DNA of 32,000 nucleotides from Methanopyrus kandleri AV19. Lineage in GTDB: Archaea; JAADCQ01; Methanopyri; Methanopyrales; Methanopyraceae. The position numbers and the translations under genes are program-made. The stretch spans positions 720,001-752,000 of the forward strand of contig NC_003551.1 in the NCBI RefSeq assembly GCF_000007185.1, written 5' to 3'. The notes beneath the pieces were generated by a model. The model saw only the letters and a program-made list of their open reading frames with translations, ran no database searches and was not told where the DNA came from. Below are positions 23,651 through 31,652 of this stretch, one piece after another; the first letter of the stretch is position 1; each line of letters begins with the position of its first letter.

Positions 23651-24663
23651 CCTCCGTGGCGTACAAGATCGCTGTGATCCCGGGAGACGGCATCGGACCG
23701 GAAGTCATCGAGGCAGCCCTCCACGTGATCGAGCCGCTGATCGACGCGGAGTTCGTCGAGGGTGAGGCCGGCGACGAATGCGCTGAGAAGCACGGCGATC
23801 CGCTGCCGGAGGATACCTTGGAGCTATGCCACGAAGCCGATGCGATCCTATTCGGGGCCGCGGGTGAGACGGCGGCCGACGTGATCGTCCGGCTGAGACA
23901 GGAGCTCGACCTGTACGCGAACATCAGACCGGTACGTGGGTTTCCGGGACTCCGTGAGCTCACCGGTGAGCCGTACGTGCGGGACGACGTGGACTTCGTG
24001 ATAGTGCGCGAGAATACCGAGGGGCTGTACTCAGGGATCGAGGGGAGATTCCGAGACACCGCGTACACCTTGAGGATCATCACAGAAGAAGGGACGCGGC
24101 GTATCGCCGAAGTAGCTTGCGATTTAGCGGAGGAGCGCGGTTCGAATACCGTTACGTGTGTGCACAAGGCGAACGTCATGCGTGAGACGTGTGGGCTCTT
24201 CCGCGAAGTGTGCAAGGAGGTGGTCGAATCCCGTGGACTGGAGTTCGAGGAGTACTACGTGGACGCTGCGGCTATGTTCATGATTACCGAGCCGGAGCGC
24301 TTCGACGTCGTCGTGACACCGAACATGTTCGGCGACATACTATCTGACGAGGCGGCAGCACTCGTTGGTGGGCTGGGGTTGGCGCCCAGCGGGAACGTCG
24401 GCGACCGCCATGGGCTGTTCGAACCGGTGCACGGATCGGCGCCGGACATCGCGGGTAAAGGAATCGCGAACCCGTTCGCGACGATCCTTTCCGCGGTCAT
24501 GATGCTAGAGTGGTTGGGTGAGGACGAAGCCGCGGAAGCCGTAAGAGAGGCCGTGGGTGAGGCGATCCGAGAAGGTGTCGTCACGCCGGATCTAGGAGGT
24601 GATAAAAAGACGATGGAGGTGGCGGAGTTCGTCAGGGAAGCTGCCCTCAACCGGGTCCAGTAG
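23647..24663 (+). CDS. leuB: Beta-decarboxylating dehydrogenase (3-isopropylmalate / homoisocitrate dehydrogenase family)
   Basis: 338 aa: IAVIPGDGIGPEV, LYANIRP, VRENTEGLYSG, NMFGDILSDEAA, FEPVHGSAPDIAGKGIANP. GTG start overlaps the leuD stop by 4 nt. Confidence 0.85.
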   Translation: MTSVAYKIAVIPGDGIGPEVIEAALHVIEPLIDAEFVEGEAGDECAEKHGDPLPEDTLELCHEADAILFGAAGETAADVIVRLRQELDLYANIRPVRGFPGLRELTGEPYVRDDVDFVIVRENTEGLYSGIEGRFRDTAYTLRIITEEGTRRIAEVACDLAEERGSNTVTCVHKANVMRETCGLFREVCKEVVESRGLEFEEYYVDAAAMFMITEPERFDVVVTPNMFGDILSDEAAALVGGLGLAPSGNVGDRHGLFEPVHGSAPDIAGKGIANPFATILSAVMMLEWLGEDEAAEAVREAVGEAIREGVVTPDLGGDKKTMEVAEFVREAALNRVQ

Positions 24664-24955
24664 TGGGTCCAGTGGTGGACGATCCAGTAGTGGATTCTTC
24701 CTTCCCCGCACCCTGCTCCTCTCCGGATCGGCCTCCCACGTCCTTAACTTTCGTCTTGGCGGCGATCTCCGACGGCGACAGTGGGTGAGGTTTACGGTTC
24801 TTGAGCTCCGGCGGTAGTACCACCTTAGACATCTTCTCCTGTTCCTCGATCTCCTGTTTGATAGGCGAGATACTGACGAACCCCGCGGCCATACCGATGA
24901 CGAACCCTAGAATCGCGGAAGCCTTCAGGACGGTTTCGGTCTTCAAGTCCGTCAA
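24647..24955 (-). CDS. Possible small membrane protein (one TM helix, low-complexity Thr/Gly/Ser tail)
   Basis: This is the only plausible frame in an otherwise 309-nt gap. TM segment ASAILGFVIGMAAGFVSI. The start is uncertain: TTG 24955 or TTG 24946. No family recognised. Confidence 0.4.
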   Translation of the reverse strand: MTDLKTETVLKASAILGFVIGMAAGFVSISPIKQEIEEQEKMSKVVLPPELKNRKPHPLSPSEIAAKTKVKDVGGRSGEEQGAGKEESTTGSSTTGPTTGPG

Positions 24956-24972
24956 CCCCGGAGGGAAATGTC

Positions 24973-25683
24973 ATGATGTCGATCAAAATGACGATCGGAG
25001 CCACCGGAGCCGCTGAGGCGGCTTCGCACGGGGACGTGATCGTGGTAGTGGACGTCGTGAACACTTCCTCTGCGGCTGAGGTCGCCTTACGCGAAGGGGC
25101 TGTCGCCGTAGTAGGGGCGGCTCCCGATAGTGCTTATCGGGTCCTCTCGGGTGAGCACGCGGCTAAATACCCGTTCGCGGAGACACCCGAAGGCGTTGAC
25201 CCGGTAGAGCGAGGCCGGGAAGCTGGTAAGATAGCCGTGGAAGAGGGCTGCGATGTAGTACTCGTGGTAGACGGCGGCGAAGATAACGCGAGTTTGGCTA
25301 GGAAAGGCGTTGAGGACGTCGGGGCGGAAATCCGGGAGGTCGTACCTAACGCGGGCCCTAGGATTAAGGACGTGGTGGATCCGGCGGGTAAGGTCTTCTT
25401 GTTCGCCACGGCTACGGGCGGAACGCTCTACGATGTCGCTAAGACTCACGGGGCTCCGGCGGTAACGTTCGGAACCGTCGTGCGTCGCTCTTTCACCAGG
25501 GCGTGTGTGGAGAGAGCACTGAGGTTAGCCGGCAGGTATGGGGCGGGCGTCACGATAGTGGTTTCATCGATCTTCGCCCCGGAAGACTTAGACGCCGGCG
25601 CGAGGATTTTCGAGGAGGCCTGTAAGGTCATCACGGAAAGCGTCTGTGAAGAACGGTTCGAGGACGTCGTTTCGAGACTGTAG
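24973..25683 (+). CDS. Possible 2-phosphosulfolactate phosphatase (ComB)-like protein
   Basis: 236 aa. DVIVVVDVVNTSSAAEVALREGAVAVVG resembles the ComB N-terminal VIDVLRASST..AL..GA motif. FATATGGTLYD and VSSIFAPEDLDAGARI resemble the TTTNGT and EDxxCAG regions. Divergent, so the call is tentative. GGAGGG lies 7 nt upstream of the ATG. Confidence 0.4.
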   Translation: MMSIKMTIGATGAAEAASHGDVIVVVDVVNTSSAAEVALREGAVAVVGAAPDSAYRVLSGEHAAKYPFAETPEGVDPVERGREAGKIAVEEGCDVVLVVDGGEDNASLARKGVEDVGAEIREVVPNAGPRIKDVVDPAGKVFLFATATGGTLYDVAKTHGAPAVTFGTVVRRSFTRACVERALRLAGRYGAGVTIVVSSIFAPEDLDAGARIFEEACKVITESVCEERFEDVVSRL

Positions 25684-25695
25684 GGGAGGCTTCGG

Positions 25696-26904
25696 TTGGG
25701 ACGGTACGTGGATAGGTACCCGGACGAGAACGGGTATTTCGGTGAGTACGGAGGGCGTTTCGTGCCGGAGACGCTCATGCCCGCGCTGGAGGAACTAGAG
25801 GATGCGTTCAAAGAAGCACGTGAAGACCCAGAGTTCTGGGAAGAACTCGAAGAACTGTGGCGGAAGTACGCCGGGCGCCCGACTCCACTGTACTACGCAC
25901 GGAACCTGTCGCGGAAACTCGGCGTCAAGGTGTACCTCAAGCGCGAGGACTTGGTCCACGGCGGGGCACACAAGCTGAACAACACACTCGGTCAGGCCCT
26001 GCTCGCCGATCGTATGGGTAAAGATCGCATCATCGCGGAGACCGGTGCCGGACAACACGGACTCGCCACCGCCATGGCCGGGGCCGCACTGGGCAAGAAA
26101 GTCGAGATCTACATGGGGGCCATCGACGTAGAGCGCCAGAAACACAACGTCTTCAGGATGGAGCTGATGGGGGCCAAAGTCCACCCCGTGAAAGCCGGAA
26201 CGCAGACGCTCAAGGACGCGATCAACGAGGCGCTGCGCGACTGGATAACGAACCTCGAGACTACTCATTACCTCTTGGGTTCCGTCGTCGGGCCGCACCC
26301 TTACCCGTGGATCGTCCGCGAGTTTCAGCGGGTGATCGGCAGGGAGACGAAGGAGCAGATCACGGAGCTAGAGGGAGGTCTTCCGGACGCGATCGTGGCG
26401 TGTACGGGGGGAGGCAGTAACTCCATCGGGATATTCTACGACTTCCTGGACGATGAGGAAGTAGCGCTATACGCCGTCGAGGCCGGTGGCAAGGGGCTGG
26501 ATACTGACGAACATTCGGCCTCGCTGTGCGCCGGGGAGGTGGGGGTCCTCCACGGTTGTCGGACCAAAGTCCTTCAGGATGAGCACGGCCAGATCCGACC
26601 GACACACAGCATCGCACCTGGTCTCGACTATCCTGGAGTGGGTCCGGAGCTCGCGTTCCTAGTGGACGAAGGTAGAGTCACCGCCGACGCCGTGACGGAC
26701 GAGGAAGCACTGCGTGGTTTCGTCATGCTGAACGAAACCGAAGGGATACTCCCAGCGCTCGAATCCGCACACGCGGTCTATTACGTGAAAAAGCTGGTGG
26801 AAAGAGGTGAACTGGACCGTGGGGACGTTGTCGTCGTGAACCTGTCGGGGAGAGGCGACAAGGACGTAAGGATAGCGGCGGAGGAATTGGGGGTGGAGAT
26901 CTAG
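25696..26904 (+). CDS. trpB: Tryptophan synthase beta chain (TrpB1-type)
   Basis: 402 aa: [44 protein letters not shown] (PLP lysine), [16 protein letters not shown]. Confidence 0.92.
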   Translation: MGRYVDRYPDENGYFGEYGGRFVPETLMPALEELEDAFKEAREDPEFWEELEELWRKYAGRPTPLYYARNLSRKLGVKVYLKREDLVHGGAHKLNNTLGQALLADRMGKDRIIAETGAGQHGLATAMAGAALGKKVEIYMGAIDVERQKHNVFRMELMGAKVHPVKAGTQTLKDAINEALRDWITNLETTHYLLGSVVGPHPYPWIVREFQRVIGRETKEQITELEGGLPDAIVACTGGGSNSIGIFYDFLDDEEVALYAVEAGGKGLDTDEHSASLCAGEVGVLHGCRTKVLQDEHGQIRPTHSIAPGLDYPGVGPELAFLVDEGRVTADAVTDEEALRGFVMLNETEGILPALESAHAVYYVKKLVERGELDRGDVVVVNLSGRGDKDVRIAAEELGVEI

Positions 26905-27300
26905 CTACTCCTTCGGTACTATACGGAACTTACAGATATCGTCGCCCGCCAGCTGGCACTTCGTCTCCTCTATCTCCATGCTCTTATCGTACTTCAGCTC
27001 CGCTAGCTTGCGGAATAAGGCCTGCTCCAACTCACAAGCGGGCTCGGTGAATCCCATTTCCTCCTTAACCTCGGGGTTCTCCTCGTAGAATTCCACCGTA
27101 ACCGTCGTTTCTACGGTGATGACTATTTCTTCCGGGTCCTCCTTATCACCCACGAAGTCAACCTTTATCCCCTCCATGCCCATATCCTCGAGCAACTCCA
27201 GCATCTCTTCGAGGGAGTCCGCGCGCTCGTAGACGATTTCCGCGAGGAGCTCTCCCTTCTCTCCCGCTCCCTCCTCAAGGTCTTTTATCAGCTCATCCAA
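26905..27300 (-). CDS. Small V4R-domain protein (predicted small-molecule-binding)
   Basis: The C-terminus, ACELEQALFRKLAELKYDKSMEIEETKCQLAGDDICKFRIV, matches the V4R ending (E.kC...Gd..C.F.i). The track ORF runs to 27393, antisense through the conserved N-terminus of the mptD-like gene, so I prefer TTG 27300 (MDELIKDLEEG...). Confidence 0.5.
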   Translation of the reverse strand: MDELIKDLEEGAGEKGELLAEIVYERADSLEEMLELLEDMGMEGIKVDFVGDKEDPEEIVITVETTVTVEFYEENPEVKEEMGFTEPACELEQALFRKLAELKYDKSMEIEETKCQLAGDDICKFRIVPKE

Positions 27301-27311
27301 GGGGGAGACCC
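27301..27311. promoter_or_regulatory. G-run/C-run palindrome filling the 15-bp V4R/mptD divergent spacer
   Basis: ggggagacccc: GGGGGAG lies 9 nt upstream of TTG 27316 on the plus strand, and the minus strand reads GGGGTCTCCCC immediately upstream of TTG 27300. Confidence 0.4.
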
Positions 27312-27315
27312 CGAC

Positions 27316-27681
27316 TTGAAGTATTTCAAGAGGTTGTCCGATCGGGAGCGCGCGATATTCGAGGCTGGAATCACGCTGGGCGCTATATATCATCAGTTCT
27401 GCGGCACGCCTGTATCACCCGGCACCGCGGAGGAGGTGGCCAAGTGTATCGAACGTGCTGCCCTACTTCAGCCCTGCGTAATCGATGCTCGGGTGGAGGT
27501 GGACGTATCATCCGAGGATACCGACAACTACGGTGGGTACACGGAGGTTTCAGGCCGGAACCTACGAGTTACGATTGTAACTAGGTGCGGGGAGTGGGAG
27601 GCCGTAGGGAAGCTCGAGTTCATCGAGGAGCTGAACTACCCACTTATGTGGGTTGAGGAGATCCGGCGGGTGGAACAGTGA
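27316..27681 (+). CDS. mptD: MptD-like archaeal dihydroneopterin aldolase family protein (methanopterin biosynthesis)
   Basis: 121 aa. RERAIFEAGITLGAIYHQFCGTPVSP and the overall length match my memory of the MJ0408/MptD family. Not verified by alignment. Confidence 0.55.
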   Translation: MKYFKRLSDRERAIFEAGITLGAIYHQFCGTPVSPGTAEEVAKCIERAALLQPCVIDARVEVDVSSEDTDNYGGYTEVSGRNLRVTIVTRCGEWEAVGKLEFIEELNYPLMWVEEIRRVEQ

Positions 27682-28961
27682 CCGTTATCGGGATAGCCGC
27701 CGACTTCGATCCACCCCACCGGGGACACGCTTACCTATTAGACCGTGCCCGAGACCTCGGTGACGAAGTCGTGGTGTTCCTCAACGCTGATTACACCGCG
27801 CACCATACCCCACCTCTCCTACCGTACCGCTTACGTCGCGAGATAGTGTTAGAGCTCGGCGCAGACGAGGTGATACCAGTCCGGGGGTACCACCAGCGAT
27901 TTCCACTTGCCTACACGGTCCCCGTGCGAGTCAGACTCATGGCGGAGGAGGGCGTGGATGTTATCCTCGACGCTGGACCGTCGCGAAACCTCGATCGGCT
28001 CCGTGAGCACGTCGAGAGGGTGTTGGAGGTAAGTGACCTCTTCTCCATTCCTCCGAACGTTCCGGCCCGTAATGTGGTCCGATGGTTGGCGGCCGTCGAG
28101 TACGTGAACCGAGAGCTGGGAACGGACGTCGAGCTACTCCTTATTCCGGAGCTCGAAGGGTATTCCGGTCGCAAGATCAGAGCCGCGCTCCGGCGCTCCG
28201 GCTATTCACCCGATTCGCTCAGAAAAGTCAGGCGTCACTTGCCCCGGGAAACGTTCAAAAAACTTGAACGATACCTCAAGGCGCGGACACCACCGATAGC
28301 CCGGCGAAAGGAGCTCCTCGACGTCTTGAACCGCGCGTCGAGCTACGAGCTCTGTAGCATCGCACACCTCAACACCATCGCCGTTCGGGAGATCCTCAGA
28401 GGGCGTCCATTCAGATCGGAGCGTCAGGTTTGGGGGGCACTCCGCAGAGCCGACTACGGTTCGGTGCTCACGCGGCTCGCATTGGCGAACACCGAGTGTC
28501 GCGTAACCTCGGACGAGATCGCTCGGATCGCTCTAAGCTGGTGTGTCGAGCGTCTTGTCCCGGAGAACCAATCTCCCGACTCGATGTACCGGCGCGATTG
28601 GTTCGTGGCGGCTCTTTCCAGCCATGGGGTTAAGGCCCGCGATGCGGATCGACTGTACAAGCGAGCCGATTCCTACGAAGAGGCTCGTCGACTGGCTCGT
28701 AGACGTTACGGCGTCGATCCCGGAGTCCCGCGGTTCGAGACCCTCATAGGTGAAGCTAGGGTTTCGGACGGAGAATATCGTCCGGCTATATCGGCCAACG
28801 GCCGACTGGGGGTTGTCGAGGACGGGTTTCAGGAACTGCGCGCGACGGCATTCGGAGCCACGTTGCTCAGGTACGTCCTGGACGACCCCTTCGTGGACGC
28901 CGTGATTCGGGTGGAAGACGAGGAGGCCAGACTGATCGTTTTCCCGGGGGACTCGCCGTGA
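27678..28961 (+). CDS. HxGH nucleotidyltransferase-fold protein of the COG1323 / TmcAL (YlbM)-like family
   Basis: 427 aa. The N-terminus VIGIAADFDPPHRGHAYLLDRARDLGDEVVVFLNADYTAHHTPPLLPYRLRREIVLELGADEVIPV parallels TmcAL (G..EYNPFHNGH...VMSGNFvQRGEP...R...AL..GaDLViELP). SGRKIRAAL parallels SATSIR. The GTG start overlaps the mptD stop (GTGA). Confidence 0.55.
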   Translation: MTVIGIAADFDPPHRGHAYLLDRARDLGDEVVVFLNADYTAHHTPPLLPYRLRREIVLELGADEVIPVRGYHQRFPLAYTVPVRVRLMAEEGVDVILDAGPSRNLDRLREHVERVLEVSDLFSIPPNVPARNVVRWLAAVEYVNRELGTDVELLLIPELEGYSGRKIRAALRRSGYSPDSLRKVRRHLPRETFKKLERYLKARTPPIARRKELLDVLNRASSYELCSIAHLNTIAVREILRGRPFRSERQVWGALRRADYGSVLTRLALANTECRVTSDEIARIALSWCVERLVPENQSPDSMYRRDWFVAALSSHGVKARDADRLYKRADSYEEARRLARRRYGVDPGVPRFETLIGEARVSDGEYRPAISANGRLGVVEDGFQELRATAFGATLLRYVLDDPFVDAVIRVEDEEARLIVFPGDSP

Positions 28962-30166
28962 GGAGGATTTGGTTCCACTTGGACTCAAAGAATAGGTACA
29001 GCCTGGCACACGTGCTCGGGGCCGTAGAGGCCCGTGCCCCCGAGCTAATACCGTACATCGAGGTCTCCAGGAACCCGGATCCGGAGCCCGGGGACATCGT
29101 GGTGTTCTCGTTCAACACGTTCATGGCTCCCGAGGTCTTCGAGGTGGTGGAACGTCTCCATGATGACGTGGTGAAACTGGCGGGTGGTCCCCACCCATCG
29201 GCCCGACCGGACCAGTGCCTCGAGCACGGGTTCGACATCGTCCTGATCGGGGAGGGGGAGGAAGTAGTCCCGGAGGTACTCCGTGAACTCATTCGTGGTA
29301 AGGAACCTGAAGAACGCCCCGGCGTTTACTTGGGTGAGGGGAATCCTCAACCAGCCCCGCGGGTGGAGGATCTCGACCGCTTTCCGCCGTACTCCGAGGG
29401 TTTTCGCATATTCTGTTCCGTCGAAATCACCCGAGGATGCCCTTGGGGTTGTGCCTTCTGTCAAGTCACCAGACTCTTCGGGCCGAAGCTGCGGCATCGG
29501 TCCGTGGAGGACGTGGTCCGATGGGTCAGGAGAGGGGTCGAGCGGTACGGTCACACCTTCGCTCGCTTCGTCGCTCCGGATGCTCTGGCATACGGGTCAC
29601 CCGACGGTATCCGGCTGAAGCCGGACCGAGTGAAGCGTCTCCTCCGATCACTCCGCTCGATTGAGGGGTTAGAAAAGGTGTTTTTCGGTAGCTTTCCGGC
29701 GGAACTCAGACCCGACTCCATCGCCAAAGGGGATGCCATTGAACTGATCGCTCACTATGCGGACAACGAGCGTGTCAACATCGGAGCACAGTCCGGGAGC
29801 GAACGCGTACTCAAGAGGATTGAGCGAGGGCATACCGTGGAGGACGTCGAAGTGGCCGTAGAGAAGGCGCTGGAAGTAGGTCTGAAACCTGTGGTCGATT
29901 TCATCTTCGGGTTGCCCGGGGAGACGGAGGAGGACCAGTTAGCGTCAGTAGAACTCGCCCGGTGGATAATCAAGCGGGGTGGTGAGGTCAGACTCCACTA
30001 CTTCATGCCACTGCCCGGAACACCGCTGGAGAACGAGGAGCCAGCACCGCTCTCGTCCAAGATCCGGCGTATACTCGGACGGTGGACTCAAGAAGGTAAG
30101 GCGGAAGGCGCGTGGGGACACCAGATGAGGCTCTCCAAGACCGCGATGAAAGTCCTGAGCGGGTAA
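28958..30166 (+). CDS. Radical SAM protein with an N-terminal B12-binding-like domain
   Basis: 402 aa. CxxxCxxC cluster motif CPWGCAFC at 29438-29461. Upstream Rossmann-like DIVVFSF...GGPHPS...DIVLIGEGEE, typical of B12-binding-domain radical SAM proteins. Downstream GAQSGSERVLKRIERGHT and DFIFGLPGETEED. Confidence 0.85.
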   Translation: MRRIWFHLDSKNRYSLAHVLGAVEARAPELIPYIEVSRNPDPEPGDIVVFSFNTFMAPEVFEVVERLHDDVVKLAGGPHPSARPDQCLEHGFDIVLIGEGEEVVPEVLRELIRGKEPEERPGVYLGEGNPQPAPRVEDLDRFPPYSEGFRIFCSVEITRGCPWGCAFCQVTRLFGPKLRHRSVEDVVRWVRRGVERYGHTFARFVAPDALAYGSPDGIRLKPDRVKRLLRSLRSIEGLEKVFFGSFPAELRPDSIAKGDAIELIAHYADNERVNIGAQSGSERVLKRIERGHTVEDVEVAVEKALEVGLKPVVDFIFGLPGETEEDQLASVELARWIIKRGGEVRLHYFMPLPGTPLENEEPAPLSSKIRRILGRWTQEGKAEGAWGHQMRLSKTAMKVLSG

Positions 30167-30972
30167 TGGAATTGGAGGTCCTCGTGCTAAGCCCGGCCGC
30201 ATTGTACAGACGTACTGTGAAAGCACTTCGAGATCTGACCGGCTTCGCCCGGGAGGTGGTGGGACTCGAGGAGTTCGGTGTAGGTATAGTAGAAAACCCG
30301 CGTGAATACGTTCGGTGGTTAGCCAAACGAGTTGATGAGGGGACGGCTGAGGACGCTCTTCTCACGCTGGTCGGAGGGTCGGGAGCGCTCGTCGTACGCG
30401 TTGGCGGTGATACGTATCACGTGCTGATAGGTCCCGCTTACCGGTCTGAGGAATCCGTGAAAGCCGCACTGGCGCACGAGCTGGCCCACCTACTGCAGCA
30501 TCGATTGAAGCTGTTCCCCAAGGATGTACCCAGACCGGCAGGAGCTGTCAGGTCCGTGCTGCTACCACTCGAAGTGGGTGCCGAAGAGCTCGTGCTCAGA
30601 GAGCTCCCGGAAATAGGTGAGGTGAGGATCAGGATGGCCCAGGAGGAGGCGCGGGAGTGGCGTCGGACGGGCGACCCGATACTGGACCTCGAGAACGCGC
30701 TCGTCGCCGTCCCGATAAGGCTAGCCGCTCGACGTCTCGGACTCGACACCTCCGTGCAGGAACCCTCGATCGAGGATCCGGAGCTGAGGGAGGTGAAAGA
30801 AGAGCTGGTGAAACTGGCCCGAGGTGTCGACCCGTGGGACCAGTCGGACGTGGAACGTTATACCCGCAAGTCCGTGTCGATACTCCTGGATTGGCTGCTG
30901 GATCAGGATCGGCACCACTCGACGAGCGACTCGAACAACCGTAAACCGTCATCGGAGTTCAGGAGACGGTGA
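30166..30972 (+). CDS. Hypothetical protein with an HExxH zinc-metallohydrolase motif
   Basis: Starts at ATG 30166, overlapping the radical SAM stop (TAATG). HELAH lies at 30475-30489 in the context KAALAHELAHLLQH. The last ~23 codons overlap the 3' end of purQ on the opposite strand. Confidence 0.55.
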   Translation: MELEVLVLSPAALYRRTVKALRDLTGFAREVVGLEEFGVGIVENPREYVRWLAKRVDEGTAEDALLTLVGGSGALVVRVGGDTYHVLIGPAYRSEESVKAALAHELAHLLQHRLKLFPKDVPRPAGAVRSVLLPLEVGAEELVLRELPEIGEVRIRMAQEEAREWRRTGDPILDLENALVAVPIRLAARRLGLDTSVQEPSIEDPELREVKEELVKLARGVDPWDQSDVERYTRKSVSILLDWLLDQDRHHSTSDSNNRKPSSEFRRR

Positions 30973-31583
30973 GCCGCGCGCTCAGGGTGAGGCATCATTC
31001 CGAGGACGTTCCCATCGTCGTTCACAACTCCCGTAATACCGCCGACGGAGCCGTTGAGGTTGTACTCCTCTGAGACGTCGCCGTCGGGTCCGCAGAACCT
31101 GAACACCACGTTGTCCTCGATCTCCTCCGGGTTTTCGTAGTAGTACCGTCCCTCCGCGTGGGCGATCGGAACTCGAATGACTTCGTCCTCCTGGTACTTG
31201 GTCGTGAACGGGGTGTCAGTACGTTCCACGCGTAAGTAGACCCAATCGCAGATGAACCTGTTCCCGACGTTGACCGTGAGAGTACCCGGGATGAGCTCCG
31301 CTTCGGCTAGTATCTGCATTCCGTTACACACTCCCAGCACGGGGCGCCCGTCCTCTGCACACTCTCGAATCTCCTCCAAAATCGGGGATAGCGCGGCGAT
31401 GGCGCCCGCCCGGATGTAATCCCCGTAAGTGAATCCGCCCGGGATGATCACGGCGTCGAAGTCGTCTAACCCACCATCTTCGTGCCAGACGAACTCCGGA
31501 TCTCCACCAGCGAGCTTCACGGCCCATGCCATCTCGAGGTCGCAGTTCGTGCCGGGAAACCTGATGACAGCCACACGGACCAA
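30903..31583 (-). CDS. purQ: Phosphoribosylformylglycinamidine synthase, glutamine amidotransferase subunit
   Basis: 226 aa: VAVIRFPGTNCD, catalytic GVCNGMQIL, MPHPER. TTG start. Confidence 0.9.
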   Translation of the reverse strand: MVRVAVIRFPGTNCDLEMAWAVKLAGGDPEFVWHEDGGLDDFDAVIIPGGFTYGDYIRAGAIAALSPILEEIRECAEDGRPVLGVCNGMQILAEAELIPGTLTVNVGNRFICDWVYLRVERTDTPFTTKYQEDEVIRVPIAHAEGRYYYENPEEIEDNVVFRFCGPDGDVSEEYNLNGSVGGITGVVNDDGNVLGMMPHPERAAHRLLNSDDGLRLFESLVEWCRS

Positions 31584-31652
31584 ACTCAGGCCCCCGATGA
31601 TGACCTACCCCGGGACCGAGGTGATGGGGAGTCCCAAGTACGCCGAGGGGGT

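Noticed and set aside
27379-27392. ctatatatcatc TATA-box-like sequence
   Set aside because: It lies inside the conserved GAIYHQF-coding part of the mptD-like gene, so its sequence is explained by coding constraints. It might incidentally serve the divergent V4R gene, but I cannot support that.
26905-27393. Full 162-aa version of the V4R ORF, and the 6896 start of the DUF364-like ORF and 7254 start of the small protein
   Set aside because: The N-terminal extensions run antisense through, or overlap heavily with, better-supported neighbouring genes. Internal starts with SD-like sequences exist.
31597-31646. C/D-box sRNA-like arrangement in the purS/purQ spacer: ATGATGA, 12 nt, CCGA, G, GTGATGG, 15 nt, CCGA
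   Set aside because: Both D-type boxes are CCGA rather than CUGA, and C' is GUGAUGG. The D'-C' linker is only 1 nt, and the second guide is 15 nt rather than ~12. There is no terminal stem or k-turn-compatible flanks. It may deserve an snoscan-type check but is not supportable by eye.
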